Shown: positions 61,947-64,000 of the stretch, one piece after another
How the letters are laid out: the number at the start of each line of letters is the position of its first letter
Position numbering within the stretch: position 1 is the stretch's first letter
DNA from: Cirrosporium novae-zelandiae
Taxonomy: Eukaryota
DNA length: 64,000 nt
Direction: 5' to 3'
Assembly: GCA_026023565.1 (NCBI GenBank)
Contig: JAPETS010000039.1
Location: 186,001 to 250,000 of the forward strand
Made by a program: the position numbers and the translations under genes
The notes under the pieces: model-generated
Databases searched by the model: none
The model's input: only the letters and a program-made list of their open reading frames with translations
Told to the model about the DNA's origin: nothing

Positions 61947-63795
61947 ATGACTTCCAACATGGCCCTCGCGATGCCGGATCCTATTCAGCACCATCCCCAC
62001 AAATACGATGACGGTACCGAGGATGCAAAGAGATCATCAATATCAGGAGCGTCTTTGTATTCCGGGGTATCAGGTATAGGAACGGTTGAGAATATACGAA
62101 GTATTGAGATTTGTGAGCCAGAGCGAGAACCACATGAAAAGGCATTTCGAGGACAAGCGGTAATGCAATCGAGACGAGTAATAGAAGAAAAAGCTAACAT
62201 GACTGAGCATGAACTTACCTTCATTATCGTCGTTATAATGGCTCAGCTATTCACCCAAATGAATCTCGGGAATACAATAATCCAATTGAAACAGGTTGGA
62301 CAGGCCCTCGGAGTGGGCGATAGCACCACCGAGGGGAGTTGGTTCGTAGCTTCATATTCAATGACAGTTGGGGCATTTGTTCTTGCCACGGGCCGTCTTG
62401 GAGACATATACGGTTTCAAGACGTTATGGATAATTGGATGGATATGGACTGCTGCCTTCAGTCTCATTTGCGGTTTCTGTGGTTATATGCACTCGCCAAT
62501 TGCTTATGACATATTCCGCGCCCTGACGGGAATTGGTCCATCTATTCTGATGCCAAATGCTGCTGCTTTGATCGGAACTGCCTTCAACCCTGGATTCAAA
62601 AAGAACCTTGCCTTTGCACTCTTTGGGGCCGTTGCCCCTGGAGGATATGTATTAGGATTACTTTGGGGAGCACTCTTTGCGCAATTGGTTGACGACTGGA
62701 GATGGACCTATTGGGCCATGTGCTTAGTTTGTTTGGTCTTGGCAGGGATTGCATATGTGGTCATCCCTACAGAGTTCAATAAAAAGGGCCATGGCACGTT
62801 TGATTACTTGGGAACAGTAGTTGGCGTATCTGGACTGGTCCTGGTCTTCTTTTCATTCAAGTATGTCCCCTCGAACTCGCCTTGTTGGTAATAAGCCTGT
62901 CAAATCCAGCCAAGCGGCTAGGAATATTCATCCTACCTAAACGCATGCTAAGTATACTCGTTTTTGGTATACAGCTTTGTCGGTTTGGTTACTTGTCGTC
63001 ATTGTTGAGACCAAGAAACACTCCTAGTTACAATTGCTAACCTGATGCGCTCTATCTAGTGGTGCTCCAAGCTTCAATTGGTCAACCCCATATATTCCTG
63101 TTCTCCTGGCTGTTGGCCTCCTCTTGCTTGCCGCCTTCGTCTACATTGAGAATCATACGGATCATCCTGTGATGCCCATGAGCCTCTTCCTCAACCCCGT
63201 GTTCTCCGCGGTAATCATTAGCCTGATGTGTGGTTGGATGAGCTTCGGGATGTACCAATACTACACTCCAAATTTCCTCCTCCACACCCGATCCCTTACC
63301 CAAATAAATGTGGCTGCACAGTTCATTCCCAGCGCTATAAGTGGCGGACTGGCTGCTCTTATTGCTGTCTACCTCCTCCCTCGCGTTTCTGCCTGGCCAC
63401 TCTTCCTTGCCTCCATGGTATTCTTTTGTGCTGGCCAAGTTCTCCTTGCCCTAACTCCAGTCGACCAAACCTACTGGGCAATGACTTTCCCGACAATCGT
63501 TCTCACGTCCCTAGGCCCAGATCTATCTTTTGCCTCTGGTAGTCTGATTGTAAGTGACGCAAGCCCAAGGGACAAGCAAGGTATTGCGGGAAGCTTTGTG
63601 AATACGGTGGTGAATTATAGTATAGGATTGGGACTAGCGTTCGGAGGAAGTGTGGAAAAGGCGACAAATCTTGGGGGCAAGGATGTCGTAAGGGGGTATA
63701 GAGGGGCGTGGTGGTTGGGGACAGGATTTGCAGGACTGGGAATTGTGGTCACGGTGCTTTTCAGGAAAAGGATGGAAAAGAGCCACAAGGCTTGA
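61947..63795 (+). CDS. MFS drug:H+ antiporter (DHA2, Atr1/Amf1-like); intron 62861-63059
   Basis: Motifs SWFVASYSMTVGAFVLATGRLGDIYG, RALTGIGPSILMPNA, FGAVAPGG, GPDLSF and QGIAGSFVNTVVNYS. Confidence 0.92.
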
Positions 63796-64000
63796 ACCCT
63801 GAGTGGCGATTGATGGTTTATCACCATCACATTTATCGGCTTCAAAACAAGTCCATGGTCATACAGGATAGAAAGAAAGGGTTTCACCAGTTAGAATTTA
63901 TACTATTAAGATGATAGATAGGAAAGGCTGTGGAAAATGCTCATTGCTAATATTATTCCTGGATATTCCTTCTAGACAATCCATAAAATCAATTAGAATA

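Noticed and set aside
62861..63059. Stwintron or snoRNA in the long MFS intron
   Set aside because: No internal splice combination recreates a donor site, and no C/D or H/ACA box arrangement is visible.
1..64000. Transposable elements, CRISPR arrays, rRNA genes or a secondary-metabolite backbone gene
   Set aside because: I saw no transposase/RT/integrase motifs, long terminal repeats, repeat-spacer arrays, rRNA sequence or PKS/NRPS domains.

Overview
Intron-rich genomic DNA from a filamentous ascomycete (Pezizomycotina; class not determinable here). Positions 1-42.2 kb are a gene-dense housekeeping block: INO80 (5' part), NHX1, a Sut1-type sugar permease, a small secreted protein, RPA49, RPL41 (missed by the ORF track), an FHA-kinase (Mek1-like), ARG7, ORC2, SNZ1/PDX1, FUN14, an importin-beta, aminopeptidase P, an interrupted APH-like phosphotransferase, SEC8 and SEC61. 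Positions ~43-64 kb are a looser accessory block: an intronless membrane protein, BTB and ricin-B-lectin gene remnants, an alpha/beta hydrolase, a PTH11-like receptor, a HET-domain gene, an F-box-like ORF, a stop-interrupted hypothetical gene and an MFS transporter. The most notable observations are (1) an unannotated Pol III-type small RNA unit (TATA, A-box-like motif, ~76-nt hairpin, T7, downstream B-box) at the junction of the two blocks; (2) two otherwise intact genes broken only by stops at probable Trp codons; (3) a long nested hairpin in the ARG7 intron; and (4) an obligatory GC-AG intron in the Mek1-like kinase. Exon boundaries were read by eye, and family names come from motif recognition, not database searches.
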